From positions 64,001 to 128,000 of the IMG/VR virus record IMGVR_UViG_3300027749_000040: DNA of 64,000 bases, one strand, 5' to 3'. How positions within the stretch are numbered: position 1 is the stretch's first letter; every line of letters starts with the position of its first letter. The notes beneath the pieces are model-generated. The model saw only the letters and a program-made list of their open reading frames with translations, searched no databases and had not been told where the DNA came from. Both the position numbers and the translations under genes were made by a program. Of this stretch, positions 47,768 through 57,300 are shown one piece after another. The stretch comes from a virus.

Positions 47768-49074
47768 ATAGATTTGTCTTTATCCTGCACAAACGTTGCA
47801 TAATCTCTTAACCTATGCCAAAAGTTTTTACGCATATTATCAGGATATTGAGAAGTTAGTAAATCATGATTATGATTAGTTATAATCATTGATTTATAGA
47901 AAAACTGTTTCTTTCTAGTATTATCCCAATTATGTATATCTTTGCAAATTTCTACTATTTTTAATAATCGTTCAGTTGGATCTTCAATATCATCATATGA
48001 TTCATCCCAAAAATCACTGAATGTTTTATACCCCATATTTTTTAAATTTTCTAATGTTTTATGTGGTCCTACTAAAATAAAGGGGTGTCGATGGACCATT
48101 GGTTTAAATATTTTTTCTGTATTAAAAATATCGTTATTTTGAAAATTGGTTTCAGTGACTATACTAATTAAACTACTTTGATAATACGGATCTATTGCAC
48201 CATATAAACCAGCCATTTCAGATGCACCGACAAATTCATCTATTTGTAGTGGCAACGTTGCTTGTATAGTATCTATATATTCCTCAGTTAATTCAAATTT
48301 AGCAATCAAATTACGATCAATTGCTTGTCTCCAAACATGATCATCATATCCTTCCCCTATAGGGAAATTAGATTTAAGACTCATTGTATAGTAAGTATCC
48401 TCTATTAACTTATTAATATGCCATAATATGAATAAGTTAATACGATGCCAACGATGCGCCCTGTTTATGCATAAAAATGTTTTTTCTATTTTAGTAAAAT
48501 CTATATTTTTTGTAAGTATGTCACGGGTAAGATTTTTATGTTCTGCCATTAATCTACTACACAACCATTCGAAATATTCTAAACAAGATATATTCATCCC
48601 TCGTTCAATTTGCTTTTTAAAACAATAATCTTTATAATATTTTTCACCGTTTACATTACCTGTTTGTAATATTACTTTTCTTAAAGGAATATCTTTTGTT
48701 TTTAAATATGCATGTATAGTGTCTAAAATATAATCATCTAATATAGATTCATTCCCCAAATTAAGAAATAAAAATCCATTTCTGCCTCTTATGCCATTAA
48801 ATGTATGAATAGACATATTAGTTGTAGCTAATAAATCTACTTCCGGATGATTAATCCAATCATCAGGATTTAACCCAAGTGTAATTGGATATATAAAATA
48901 ATCCATTTCTTTTAATAATACCGACGGTTTACATTCAAATCCACTAAGCTTATTAAAAAATTCAAATGTACCGTTATCTCTGATTAATTCAGATAATGAT
49001 TGATTAAAATTTTGATTATTAACTAATGGATAGTTGATTGCAAAATAATCAAAGGCTACTGTTATTCTACTCAT
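47764..49074 (-). CDS. Putative glycosyltransferase-like protein (ET..FxTEK..P family)
   Basis: FLCINR..RWHR, VTETNF...FNTEKIFKP..HPFILVG...GYKTFSDFWDESYD. Confidence 0.55.
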   Translation of the reverse strand: MSRITVAFDYFAINYPLVNNQNFNQSLSELIRDNGTFEFFNKLSGFECKPSVLLKEMDYFIYPITLGLNPDDWINHPEVDLLATTNMSIHTFNGIRGRNGFLFLNLGNESILDDYILDTIHAYLKTKDIPLRKVILQTGNVNGEKYYKDYCFKKQIERGMNISCLEYFEWLCSRLMAEHKNLTRDILTKNIDFTKIEKTFLCINRAHRWHRINLFILWHINKLIEDTYYTMSLKSNFPIGEGYDDHVWRQAIDRNLIAKFELTEEYIDTIQATLPLQIDEFVGASEMAGLYGAIDPYYQSSLISIVTETNFQNNDIFNTEKIFKPMVHRHPFILVGPHKTLENLKNMGYKTFSDFWDESYDDIEDPTERLLKIVEICKDIHNWDNTRKKQFFYKSMIITNHNHDLLTSQYPDNMRKNFWHRLRDYATFVQDKDKSI

Positions 49075-49102
49075 AGATGATATTTATGAGTGGTGGTCAA
49101 GG

Positions 49103-49131
49103 TTGACAATAATTGGACCCTGTGATACAAT
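49103..49131 (+). promoter_or_regulatory. Sigma70 early promoter cassette
   Basis: TTGACAATAA, 17-nt spacer, TACAAT, then AGATGCTTATTCAGT. Confidence 0.8.
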
Positions 49132-49161
49132 AGATGCTTATTCAGTCAAAAGGAGTTGTTC

Positions 49162-49374
49162 ATGGGTTACAAAGTTGTTGCAGACAAATATCAGATGGAT
49201 CAAATGCGTACCAAATATGGTCCTCGCAACGGTCTTGAAGGTCCGTTCAATTTCTCCGGTCGAGTGTTGTATTATGACAACAAAGAAGGTTCCTACTATG
49301 ATCCTACTACCGACTTCTATGTTGAACAAAGTGAAATGGACCTAATTCATGCTCAATTAATTGCCAAAATTTGA
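49162..49374 (+). CDS. Small early hypothetical protein
   Basis: AGGAG RBS; start re-called; LEGPF...YYD..EG.YYDP. Confidence 0.7.
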   Translation: MGYKVVADKYQMDQMRTKYGPRNGLEGPFNFSGRVLYYDNKEGSYYDPTTDFYVEQSEMDLIHAQLIAKI

Positions 49375-49399
49375 CAATAAATGGGCTTTCTGCTATAAT
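49371..49399 (+). promoter_or_regulatory. Sigma70 early promoter cassette
   Basis: TTGACAATAAAT, 17-nt spacer, TATAAT, then AGAATCTTAGACAGT. Confidence 0.85.
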
Positions 49400-49432
49400 A
49401 GAATCTTAGACAGTAAAGAAAAGGATTACGAC

Positions 49433-49807
49433 ATGACTACAGAATTCAAATCTTGGGATGAGTTGACAGTGTTGGAACAGGCTCATGCTACATATTGGGA
49501 CATGTACAAGGATGCTTACGGAGTTCGTCCCCGTGGTATCGATACCTCAACTTGGACTCTTGCAGAGTTTGAAGCTGAGTTTGTAGTCCTCGGTCAAGCT
49601 ATTGAAGCTGAAGAAAAGGTCCGCAAAGAGGCACAAGCCCGCGCTATTGTGGAGTTTGAAAGCCGTGTTACAAATCTCATGCACAACGGTACTAGCCGTG
49701 AGCGTGTTATTGCATGGTTGATGGATGCTGAAAGTGCTAACGGAGATTTTGAGTACTTTTGTTATACACAGGGCTTGCCCTATCAATATTTTCGCAAGGT
49801 AGCATAA
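49433..49807 (+). CDS. Early hypothetical protein
   Basis: AAGGA RBS; start re-called; DMYKDAYGVRPR. Confidence 0.7.
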   Translation: MTTEFKSWDELTVLEQAHATYWDMYKDAYGVRPRGIDTSTWTLAEFEAEFVVLGQAIEAEEKVRKEAQARAIVEFESRVTNLMHNGTSRERVIAWLMDAESANGDFEYFCYTQGLPYQYFRKVA

Positions 49808-49808
49808 T

Positions 49809-49852
49809 TTGACAATAAATGGGTATTGTGCTATAATAGAGTCTTATTCAGT
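49809..49852 (+). promoter_or_regulatory. Sigma70 early promoter cassette
   Basis: TTGACAATAAAT...TATAATAGAGTCTTATTCAGT. Confidence 0.85.
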
Positions 49853-49868
49853 CAAGTAAAGGAAACAA

Positions 49869-50873
49869 ATGACAAGCATCGTTCGCATTACTAGTGGTTC
49901 TTATCGCAATGAAACAATCAAAGGTGAAGTTTTCACACTGGTTAAAGGTTATCAACTTGGAAATAAAGGTGGTTTTGTGACAGTAAAAAATGAAGGTCAG
50001 TTCCCAGGGCGCGGCCCTCAGGTTCGTGTAAACGTTGACAATCAATCAATGATTGAATTTGTGTCAGGTCGTGATAGTGTCAAAGCAGAGACACCTAAAG
50101 AAACTGAAACAGAAGCAATGGACCGTATTGCATCACGTTTTGCAGTGCTTGATGAAATGTCTAAGGCATGTATCAGTGGTGAAATTCGTGCTATGATTGT
50201 GACAGGTCCTGCAGGTATTGGTAAGTCACACGGTGTGAACATTCAAATGGAAAAAGCAAGTATGTTTGACAGACTTGCTAGCAAAAAGGTTCGCTTTGAA
50301 GTTGTCAAAGGTGCAATGTCAGGTATTGGCTTGTTTGCTAAGTTGTACAAATTTAGTGATGCTAAAAATGTATTGGTATTTGATGATTGTGATATCTGGG
50401 AAGATCAGGATGCATTGAACGTACTAAAAGGTGCATTGGATTCAGGCAAGACACGTAGAATTTCGTGGAACAAAGATTCACGTATTTTGCGTGAAGAAGG
50501 TATCCCTAATAGTTTCAACTTCAACGGTTCTGTAATTTTCATTACAAACAAATCGTTTGATGCAAAGAAAGCCGGCAAAATGCAACCTCACTTGGATGCA
50601 TTGCAAAGTCGTTGTCACTTTTTGGACCTGACAGTTGACAGTGAGCGTGACAAAATGTTGCGTATCAAGCAAGTGCATCGGGATGCTGATGGTGGTTTGT
50701 TTGCTGAATATGATTTCACGCAAGAACAGACAGACGAAATTATGTCGTTCATCTGGGACAATCACAATAAATTGCGTGAAGTGTCCTTGCGTATGTGTTT
50801 GAAAGTTGCAGACTTGGTTAAGATTAGTGCTAACTGGCGCGAACTTGCTAAAGCAACTTGTATGAAAGGTTAA
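49869..50873 (+). CDS. AAA+ / P-loop ATPase
   Basis: GPAGIGKS, LVFDDCD, FITN, ALQSR. Confidence 0.8.
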   Translation: MTSIVRITSGSYRNETIKGEVFTLVKGYQLGNKGGFVTVKNEGQFPGRGPQVRVNVDNQSMIEFVSGRDSVKAETPKETETEAMDRIASRFAVLDEMSKACISGEIRAMIVTGPAGIGKSHGVNIQMEKASMFDRLASKKVRFEVVKGAMSGIGLFAKLYKFSDAKNVLVFDDCDIWEDQDALNVLKGALDSGKTRRISWNKDSRILREEGIPNSFNFNGSVIFITNKSFDAKKAGKMQPHLDALQSRCHFLDLTVDSERDKMLRIKQVHRDADGGLFAEYDFTQEQTDEIMSFIWDNHNKLREVSLRMCLKVADLVKISANWRELAKATCMKG

Positions 50874-50944
50874 CCCCTGCAGTGTGCGTAGAGGCAGTGT
50901 CAATAAGCCCTCTTCGATAAGTTTTTTCATAGGCTCTTTCTTTC

Positions 50945-50969
50945 GGGGAACTTAGGTTCCCCTTTTTTT
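50945..50969 (+). terminator. Rho-independent terminator
   Basis: GGGGAAC-TTAG-GTTCCCC followed by T7. Confidence 0.85.
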
Positions 50970-51013
50970 GCCTATTAATTTGCTTTTTGTCTAGTGTCCT
51001 GTTATACTTAAAG

Positions 51014-52021
51014 ATGGACTTTAAAACACTACACGAGGTTGCCACTTGGATGCTTAGTAATATTCGATTGAGTAGATATGATGACCAGTTTGTAAATAAT
51101 CTTACCCTTTATATTACTCAACACAATCGGATTACTAGTAATCAGGACCTTTTGTTCAGGAAGGTGGCACGTAAATATAAACGACAATTCTCTCAATTAA
51201 AAATTGAAGTAGAAGAAATATTAAACCGAGCCTGGGATGTTCCTTTAGTAGAAAGTATTGCTGAATATACCGGAGCTACAATCAAAATAGAGAATGACAA
51301 ACTAATTCTACGTTCTCCCTTTAACAGAAACTTTTTAACAGCACTTAAAAAGAATCCTATATACACACTGCAATGGATTAAAGATAAACGGCAATATGAA
51401 GCAGAGTATAGTCACACTAATTTAAAAGAGTTATTGTATCTAACTGCGGATCATTATCCTATATTGAGTTACTGCGAAACAGTTGCTCAAATTGTAGATA
51501 GTCTTAGCACATATGAGAATATTAAATACTGGGTTCCTACTTTAGTTTATAAGGGGCATTACTATATTGCCGCAATGAACGAGCATTTATATGGGGCAAT
51601 CAAAGACATTCTCATAACAGATGATTTAAAAACAATAGCAACATTAGTTAAATATGGAGTTATGATCGACCAATCAGTTAAGGATCATTTTTCAAAAACA
51701 GAAAACCCTGTTAAAATAATGCTTGCTATGAATTTTCAAATGGAAATAGAAATGAAAGATGCTTTAATAACCATTAAATGGTTAGAAGAATTTGGATGTG
51801 ATGCTATCAGTGAACCCAAATCATTTGTAACTAATTCTAAATTAGATATACATAATACCTCTATTAAATTTTGTAAGAATCCTAAAGACTTGAAAGATTA
51901 TAATAATCCTGTTATAGTGTATCAACGAGGTCACTTTTCATTAGTAAATGAAAAGCCAATGAAATTGTTTAAAGTAATTAAATTTGTAAACTCGGAACCA
52001 ATAGATTTAGGGCCTAAATGA
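51014..52021 (+). CDS. Hypothetical protein
   Basis: Start re-called at ATG 5 nt after TG-T-TATACT. Confidence 0.7.
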   Translation: MDFKTLHEVATWMLSNIRLSRYDDQFVNNLTLYITQHNRITSNQDLLFRKVARKYKRQFSQLKIEVEEILNRAWDVPLVESIAEYTGATIKIENDKLILRSPFNRNFLTALKKNPIYTLQWIKDKRQYEAEYSHTNLKELLYLTADHYPILSYCETVAQIVDSLSTYENIKYWVPTLVYKGHYYIAAMNEHLYGAIKDILITDDLKTIATLVKYGVMIDQSVKDHFSKTENPVKIMLAMNFQMEIEMKDALITIKWLEEFGCDAISEPKSFVTNSKLDIHNTSIKFCKNPKDLKDYNNPVIVYQRGHFSLVNEKPMKLFKVIKFVNSEPIDLGPK

Positions 52022-53496
52022 AAGAATGTAAATTAATAATAAAAGATGAAGTCAATGTAAAGATTGAAGGTCTTGAACTTGGTGATCGCAAAACACTAAT
52101 GAAGATGTTTGAGTTTGAAGTTCCGGGCGCAAGGTATCTTCCTGCAGTAAGGTTGGGTAGATGGAATGGCAAAAGCAGTTACTTTGCCTTAGGTGGTAGC
52201 ACATATATTAACTTGCTCCCAGAAATTCTTCCATTACTTGACCAAGCAGGTTATGATATTGAACTAGAAGATTCTAGAGACTATCAAACAGTATTCAGTT
52301 TCACTGAAGTGTCCGAGGCTACATTCAAACATAAGAACTGGCCTAAGGGTCATCCAATGGAGGGTCAGCCTGTTATATTGCGTGACTATCAGATTGAGAT
52401 TATCAACAACTATTTAAAAAACCTACAATCATTGCAAGAGATTGCAACTGGTGCAGGTAAGACACTAATCACAGCCGCACTATCAAATTGTATAGAACAA
52501 TATGGCCGTAGTATTGTTATTGTTCCCAATACAAGTCTTGTTACTCAGACTGAGAAAGACTACATCAACTTAGGTCTAGATGTAGGTGTATATTACGGTG
52601 GACGAAAAGAGTACGACAAAACACATACAATTTGCACATGGCAAAGTCTAGGTAACATGTTGAAGAACACTAAAGCAGGTGAAGCGGAAGTGCCATTTCA
52701 AGACTTTATTGAAGGTGTTGTATGTGTTATTGTTGATGAAGTACACCAAGCTAAAGCTGATGTTCTTAAATCATTATTGACAGGTGTGATGAGTCAGATT
52801 CCAATTCGTTGGGGATTGACTGGAACTATCCCTAAAGCTAAACATGAATCAATGTCATTGACTGTAAGCTTGGGTCCAGTTATCAATCAATTGGCAGCAA
52901 GTACATTACAAGAGATGGGTGTGTTATCACAATGTCATGTGAACATTGTTCAGCTACAAGATGGTATGGAATTTACAAACTATCAGAGCGAACTTAAATT
53001 CTTAACCAGTGACGATAAACGAATGCAAAAAATTGCTGAATTGTCCAGTGTTGTTAAGAATAGCGGTAACACACTTATACTAGTTGACAGGATCGAAGCA
53101 GGACAACTATTACATTTGAAATTAGAAGAACTAGGTGTATCGGAAGATAACGTAGTGTTTGTATCAGGCGGTACTAAAGGCACAACAAGAACCGAGCACT
53201 ACGATGACATTGCTACTGCTACTAACAAGATTATCATTGCTACATATGGTGTTGCCGCAGTTGGTATCAACATTCCTCGTATCTTTAATGTTATGCTATT
53301 AGAACCGGGTAAGAGTTTCGTTCGTGTTATTCAAAGTATCGGTCGTGGTATTCGTAAAGCAGAAGACAAAGACTTTGTACAGATTTGGGATATTACTAGT
53401 TCATGTAAATTTGCTAAAAGGCATTTGACTCAGCGTAAAGCATTTTATAAAGAGGCTTCATACCCGTTTGATGTTGAAAAATTGAAATATAAATGA
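52018..53496 (+). CDS. uvsW: SF2 DNA helicase (UvsW-like)
   Basis: LRDYQ, ATGAGKT, DEVH, GLTGT, QSIGRGIR. Confidence 0.88.
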   Translation: MKECKLIIKDEVNVKIEGLELGDRKTLMKMFEFEVPGARYLPAVRLGRWNGKSSYFALGGSTYINLLPEILPLLDQAGYDIELEDSRDYQTVFSFTEVSEATFKHKNWPKGHPMEGQPVILRDYQIEIINNYLKNLQSLQEIATGAGKTLITAALSNCIEQYGRSIVIVPNTSLVTQTEKDYINLGLDVGVYYGGRKEYDKTHTICTWQSLGNMLKNTKAGEAEVPFQDFIEGVVCVIVDEVHQAKADVLKSLLTGVMSQIPIRWGLTGTIPKAKHESMSLTVSLGPVINQLAASTLQEMGVLSQCHVNIVQLQDGMEFTNYQSELKFLTSDDKRMQKIAELSSVVKNSGNTLILVDRIEAGQLLHLKLEELGVSEDNVVFVSGGTKGTTRTEHYDDIATATNKIIIATYGVAAVGINIPRIFNVMLLEPGKSFVRVIQSIGRGIRKAEDKDFVQIWDITSSCKFAKRHLTQRKAFYKEASYPFDVEKLKYK

Positions 53497-53508
53497 TACA
53501 ATAACAAA

Positions 53509-54009
53509 ATGCGTATATTAACACTAGACAACGAATTCTATAACTTAGAAACACTCCCCGAAGAAATTGATGACTTGAGGTTTGCTATCTTAGACAATAG
53601 CAATCCAAGCAATGTAGATTATCATTACATCCCATTAATCTTTTTAGAAAGTTTCAATAGCCCTGCACTTGTATTAAAAATAGGTAACAGTACAATTAAG
53701 ATGCCTATTGATTGGCAAATATTAATTGGAGAACAAGAACACGGTGACTTAGAAACATTACCATTAACAAGTATCAATGACAGGGGATTCAATTCATTTG
53801 AGTTCAATCCATTGACTAGCTTTAGTCCCACATTCTTGCCTATTGAGATTGTAGACATTTATCATGATGTAACATGGTATGCCCCTCGATTAAAGAACGG
53901 TCAATTCTTGTGTGTACCATTAGAAGATGGTCCTAAACCTAGATGTGTTTATTTTGTAAAAGAAATTAGTCGTAATTGTGAAATTGTAGATTATAGTCAG
54001 GCGTTTTAA
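53509..54009 (+). CDS. Hypothetical beta-rich protein
   Basis: ORF follows TG-A-TACAAT by 6 nt. Confidence 0.7.
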   Translation: MRILTLDNEFYNLETLPEEIDDLRFAILDNSNPSNVDYHYIPLIFLESFNSPALVLKIGNSTIKMPIDWQILIGEQEHGDLETLPLTSINDRGFNSFEFNPLTSFSPTFLPIEIVDIYHDVTWYAPRLKNGQFLCVPLEDGPKPRCVYFVKEISRNCEIVDYSQAF

Positions 54010-54010
54010 T

Positions 54011-54406
54011 ATGTTAGATTGTTTAATTTTAGGCGATAGTATCGCGGTTGGTATAGCACAATATCGCCCTGAATGTCAAGTCATTGCTAAGGTAGGCATC
54101 AATAGTAAAAATTGGGTGAATAAAAACATCACCAAAGAATTGTCAGCAGACACAGTAATCATTAGTTTAGGTAGTAACGATTATAAAAAGATAAACACAT
54201 TAAAAGAATTGTTTACAGTTCGTCAAGTGGTTAGTGCTAAACGTGTATACTGGATTGTCCCTGCTATTAAACCTGAGATACAAGAAATGGTTGACATTGT
54301 AGCAGACAAATTTGAGGATAAAGTTATACACATTAACAAAGTATCCAGCGACGGAGTACATCCAACAACTGCTGAATACAAAAGAATGGCCGGGGCAACA
54401 AAGTGA
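54011..54406 (+). CDS. Small SGNH/GDSL hydrolase
   Basis: GDSIAVG, SLGSND, DGVHP. Confidence 0.75.
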   Translation: MLDCLILGDSIAVGIAQYRPECQVIAKVGINSKNWVNKNITKELSADTVIISLGSNDYKKINTLKELFTVRQVVSAKRVYWIVPAIKPEIQEMVDIVADKFEDKVIHINKVSSDGVHPTTAEYKRMAGATK

Positions 54407-55008
54407 TGGCAACTAAAAAAGCTAAAGCAACTATCCCTGCAGATGAAAAACTAGAGAACCAAGACTTTCCGTTGTTTGATGCACTATTAGCACTAGACAA
54501 AAAAGACTATGGTTACTATGACAGACTTTCAGAAGCACAACAAAAGAAGTTTGTACCCTTCATGCTTATCAAGTATCTAAGTTATATCAAGGGTTCAGGT
54601 GAGATTGCAGGATATTATTTGCGTAGTACAGATTATCATGCAAATAAATATTTCTTCAATGAAAATATAATGAAGAATCCTAAACTACAATGGTTAATGT
54701 TATGTGCAGCCAGCCCGGGATTAGGAAAACATTTCCATCCCTGGATGCCTCAAATCAAAGAGAAGGTTAGTAGTCTAAAAGAAAATGCTGTATTGAAAGA
54801 TGTGAAAGACTATTACACTAAGGTCTATCCCAAAGCAGACGGTGGTACAATCACAGAGATATCAAAAGTATTTGTAGTAGAACAAAAGAAGAAGGTACAT
54901 CTGGCAAGTGTATATCCAGACATGAAAATAGCAGACATTGAAGTGTTAAGTCAAACGGTAACAGATGAAGAAATTGAACAGTATGAAAGAGATAGAGGCA
55001 ATCGGTAA
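54403..55008 (+). CDS. Hypothetical protein, possibly clamp-loader small subunit-like
   Basis: LFDAL.ALDKKD...FVPFMLIKYLS; weak resemblance only. Confidence 0.4.
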   Translation: MMATKKAKATIPADEKLENQDFPLFDALLALDKKDYGYYDRLSEAQQKKFVPFMLIKYLSYIKGSGEIAGYYLRSTDYHANKYFFNENIMKNPKLQWLMLCAASPGLGKHFHPWMPQIKEKVSSLKENAVLKDVKDYYTKVYPKADGGTITEISKVFVVEQKKKVHLASVYPDMKIADIEVLSQTVTDEEIEQYERDRGNR

Positions 55009-55684
55009 GCTTAAATTTAAGTGTGAATTTTGCACAGGTGAGTATTTGCGTGAATCTACGTTACTCACCCACATGTGTGAATCTAAGCGCAGGTGGATGA
55101 ATAAGGACTTGCAAGGTAATCGCATTGCATATCAAGCCTTCGTTCAGTTTTATAAAAAGAATAGTTCAAGTAAAAAGACAAAGACTTACGAAGAATTTAT
55201 TAAAAGTCCATACTATACAGCATTTGTAAAGTTCGGCAATCATTGCGTAGATATTAATGCATTAAATGTTAGCAGATATGCTGATTGGTTAGTTAAAAGT
55301 CAAATTAGAATTGACACATGGTGTACTGACACAAACTACACTAACTATCTACTTGAGTATATTCGTACAGAAGATCCATTAGATGCTATTCATCGTAGTA
55401 TTGAAACAACAATGTCATTGGCAGAAATTGAAAAGATTCAAAGCAGAGATTATTTGCGTTATGGTAATGTCAATAGAATCTGTTTAGAGATTACTAGAGG
55501 CAGAATCAGTCCCTGGATGTTGTTTCATAGTGAGAGTGGTGTAAAGTTTGTAGAATCACTGGAACACGGCCATGTTAAAATGGTGTTTGATTATATTGAT
55601 CCTGAGAAGTGGGCACTAAAGTTTCATCGTGAGCCGGAGAATGTAAAACAAGTTAAGGAATTACTAAATGCCGGCGGGTACTAG
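54965..55684 (+). CDS. Hypothetical protein with N-terminal C2HC zinc-finger-like motif
   Basis: FKCEFC...LLTHMC. Confidence 0.65.
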   Translation: MKKLNSMKEIEAIGKLKFKCEFCTGEYLRESTLLTHMCESKRRWMNKDLQGNRIAYQAFVQFYKKNSSSKKTKTYEEFIKSPYYTAFVKFGNHCVDINALNVSRYADWLVKSQIRIDTWCTDTNYTNYLLEYIRTEDPLDAIHRSIETTMSLAEIEKIQSRDYLRYGNVNRICLEITRGRISPWMLFHSESGVKFVESLEHGHVKMVFDYIDPEKWALKFHREPENVKQVKELLNAGGY

Positions 55685-55865
55685 GGTTCGTATACCTTGG
55701 CAGAAGGGTAATACTATTAATAATTGGGATGAAACTTGTATCTGGGCAATGGAACAATTTGGTTTACCGGGTGATAAATTTACTACACATGCTACTGAGG
55801 ACTATATGGACTTTTATTTTGATAATGAACATGATGCTATTCATTTTAGTTTGAGGTGGTTATGA
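55668..55865 (+). CDS. Small hypothetical protein (FE..DA..F.LRW family)
   Basis: WAMEQFG...FYFDNEHDAIHFSLRWL. Confidence 0.7.
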   Translation: MPAGTRVRIPWQKGNTINNWDETCIWAMEQFGLPGDKFTTHATEDYMDFYFDNEHDAIHFSLRWL

Positions 55866-56536
55866 TAAATTTTATACCAGTACCAATCAACGAACACGAT
55901 CTAATATTAGGTAAAGACTTTAATAAGAAGTTTGCCAAAGAAATGGATCCTTACTACACGCCTTTTAGAGTAAAGAATCGAGACATACAACTTGCCAAAG
56001 AAACTTGGGAGTACGGTGTCACTGATAGTATTCAAGGTGCATCATGGAAGGGTGCAGGTAAAAATGTTGTAGATGTTGAATCACCTATTGCTGACTTTGA
56101 TGTTAAAGGCATTAGTATTGGCAATATCAATAAAGGATTAACCACAGAAGCTAGCTTCTTACAAAATATTCAAGCAAAAAATGCTAGTTTATTTTCTAGT
56201 CTATTTGATAGTAAAGACTATATTGGATTGAAGACTATGTTTGTTGATCCGTATATGGCTAAAATTTTCAACACAAATAATCTGCATCTACTTACTGTCA
56301 TACGTGAAAAGAAGACAAAAAAAGTATACTACTGTTTGTTCAAAGTAGAGCCTACTACCTTATCACCAACTGAGTTTATAACAAAAATGGCTCCTATTGG
56401 TAAATGTGGTGTGACTGTTCCTATGATTGCTCCTGCATATGGAAGAACATATCTATACAGTAACAAACGCAGGTTAGAAATTAAATTGAAAGGTTCAGGC
56501 TTGCGTGATTTCCTAGTTTATTCACATAATTACTAA
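55856..56536 (+). CDS. Hypothetical protein, possible PD-(D/E)xK nuclease
   Basis: WE...VVDV...FDVKGIS. Confidence 0.4.
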   Translation: MVMINFIPVPINEHDLILGKDFNKKFAKEMDPYYTPFRVKNRDIQLAKETWEYGVTDSIQGASWKGAGKNVVDVESPIADFDVKGISIGNINKGLTTEASFLQNIQAKNASLFSSLFDSKDYIGLKTMFVDPYMAKIFNTNNLHLLTVIREKKTKKVYYCLFKVEPTTLSPTEFITKMAPIGKCGVTVPMIAPAYGRTYLYSNKRRLEIKLKGSGLRDFLVYSHNY

Positions 56537-56537
56537 G

Positions 56538-56780
56538 GTGGCAATGAGAGTTCAAAACTATAACGAAAAGCTTGGGTGGGAAGAAACTGATTCGGGTTGG
56601 TATGAACATGAGATACGTGTGCGAATGGATTTTCCCGCATCATACGATGAAGTATTGGAATGGCTGTATAATAGAATAGATAACTGTGAACGCCATGCTA
56701 GGTGGCGAATCACTAGAGGGCTCATACAACTTAAATTTAGGTATGAGCGTGATGTAATATTATGTAAGTTGAGTTTTTAA
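56538..56780 (+). CDS. Small hypothetical protein (same family as 55668)
   Basis: EVLEWL...KFRYERDVILCKLSF. Confidence 0.65.
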   Translation: MAMRVQNYNEKLGWEETDSGWYEHEIRVRMDFPASYDEVLEWLYNRIDNCERHARWRITRGLIQLKFRYERDVILCKLSF

Positions 56781-57028
56781 TGAACCTTGAACACGAAATG
56801 ATGGAAAAATTATCAAGTGATATGGCTAGAGAAATGGACTATGATATCATAGTTGACATGCTAGAGTATATTAGAGTAGAACTACCACCATTTGATAGTC
56901 GTTATCATGCTGTTGACATTGTTGATTGGTGCACTGATAACTGTACAGGTAATTTTAGAAACTATGGTGTTAAATTTGCTTTTGAAAAAGCCCAAGATGC
57001 TGAATGGTTTATATTGAGGTGGAAGTAA
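56780..57028 (+). CDS. Small hypothetical protein (same family as 55668)
   Basis: DWCTDNC...FAFEKAQDAEWFILRWK. Confidence 0.7.
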   Translation: MNLEHEMMEKLSSDMAREMDYDIIVDMLEYIRVELPPFDSRYHAVDIVDWCTDNCTGNFRNYGVKFAFEKAQDAEWFILRWK

Positions 57029-57300
57029 TGGCAACGATACCGCATCTACAAGATTATGATGACGATGATCCTAAATTAAATTTTCGTAAAAGACGTTGGG
57101 ATTATTGGGCGGCATTAAAGAAAGTTCGTGTTGAATATATGATAGATGCTAAGAATGGACAGTTTGATGCGTTTGATTTTGAAGATTACATTGAAGAAAA
57201 ATATGGCATTAAGATGCTGATAGTCAATGGCAATATCACAGATGGATATAAAATTATGGACGAAAAGAAATACATTGTGTTTCTACTGAAATTTCAATGA
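57028..57300 (+). CDS. Small hypothetical protein
   Basis: TAATG-coupled start; ends DEKKYIVFLLKFQ. Confidence 0.7.
   Translation: MATIPHLQDYDDDDPKLNFRKRRWDYWAALKKVRVEYMIDAKNGQFDAFDFEDYIEEKYGIKMLIVNGNITDGYKIMDEKKYIVFLLKFQ

Noticed and set aside
49103-49852. CRISPR-like array from recurring TTGACAATAAAT
   Set aside because: Copies are 270-440 nt apart, separated by genes, and read as sigma70 promoters
50864-50940. Twister ribozyme (UAA...GC...AAGCCC resemblance)
   Set aside because: Could not find the P2 partner or pseudoknot strands; kept only as a generic structured-RNA candidate
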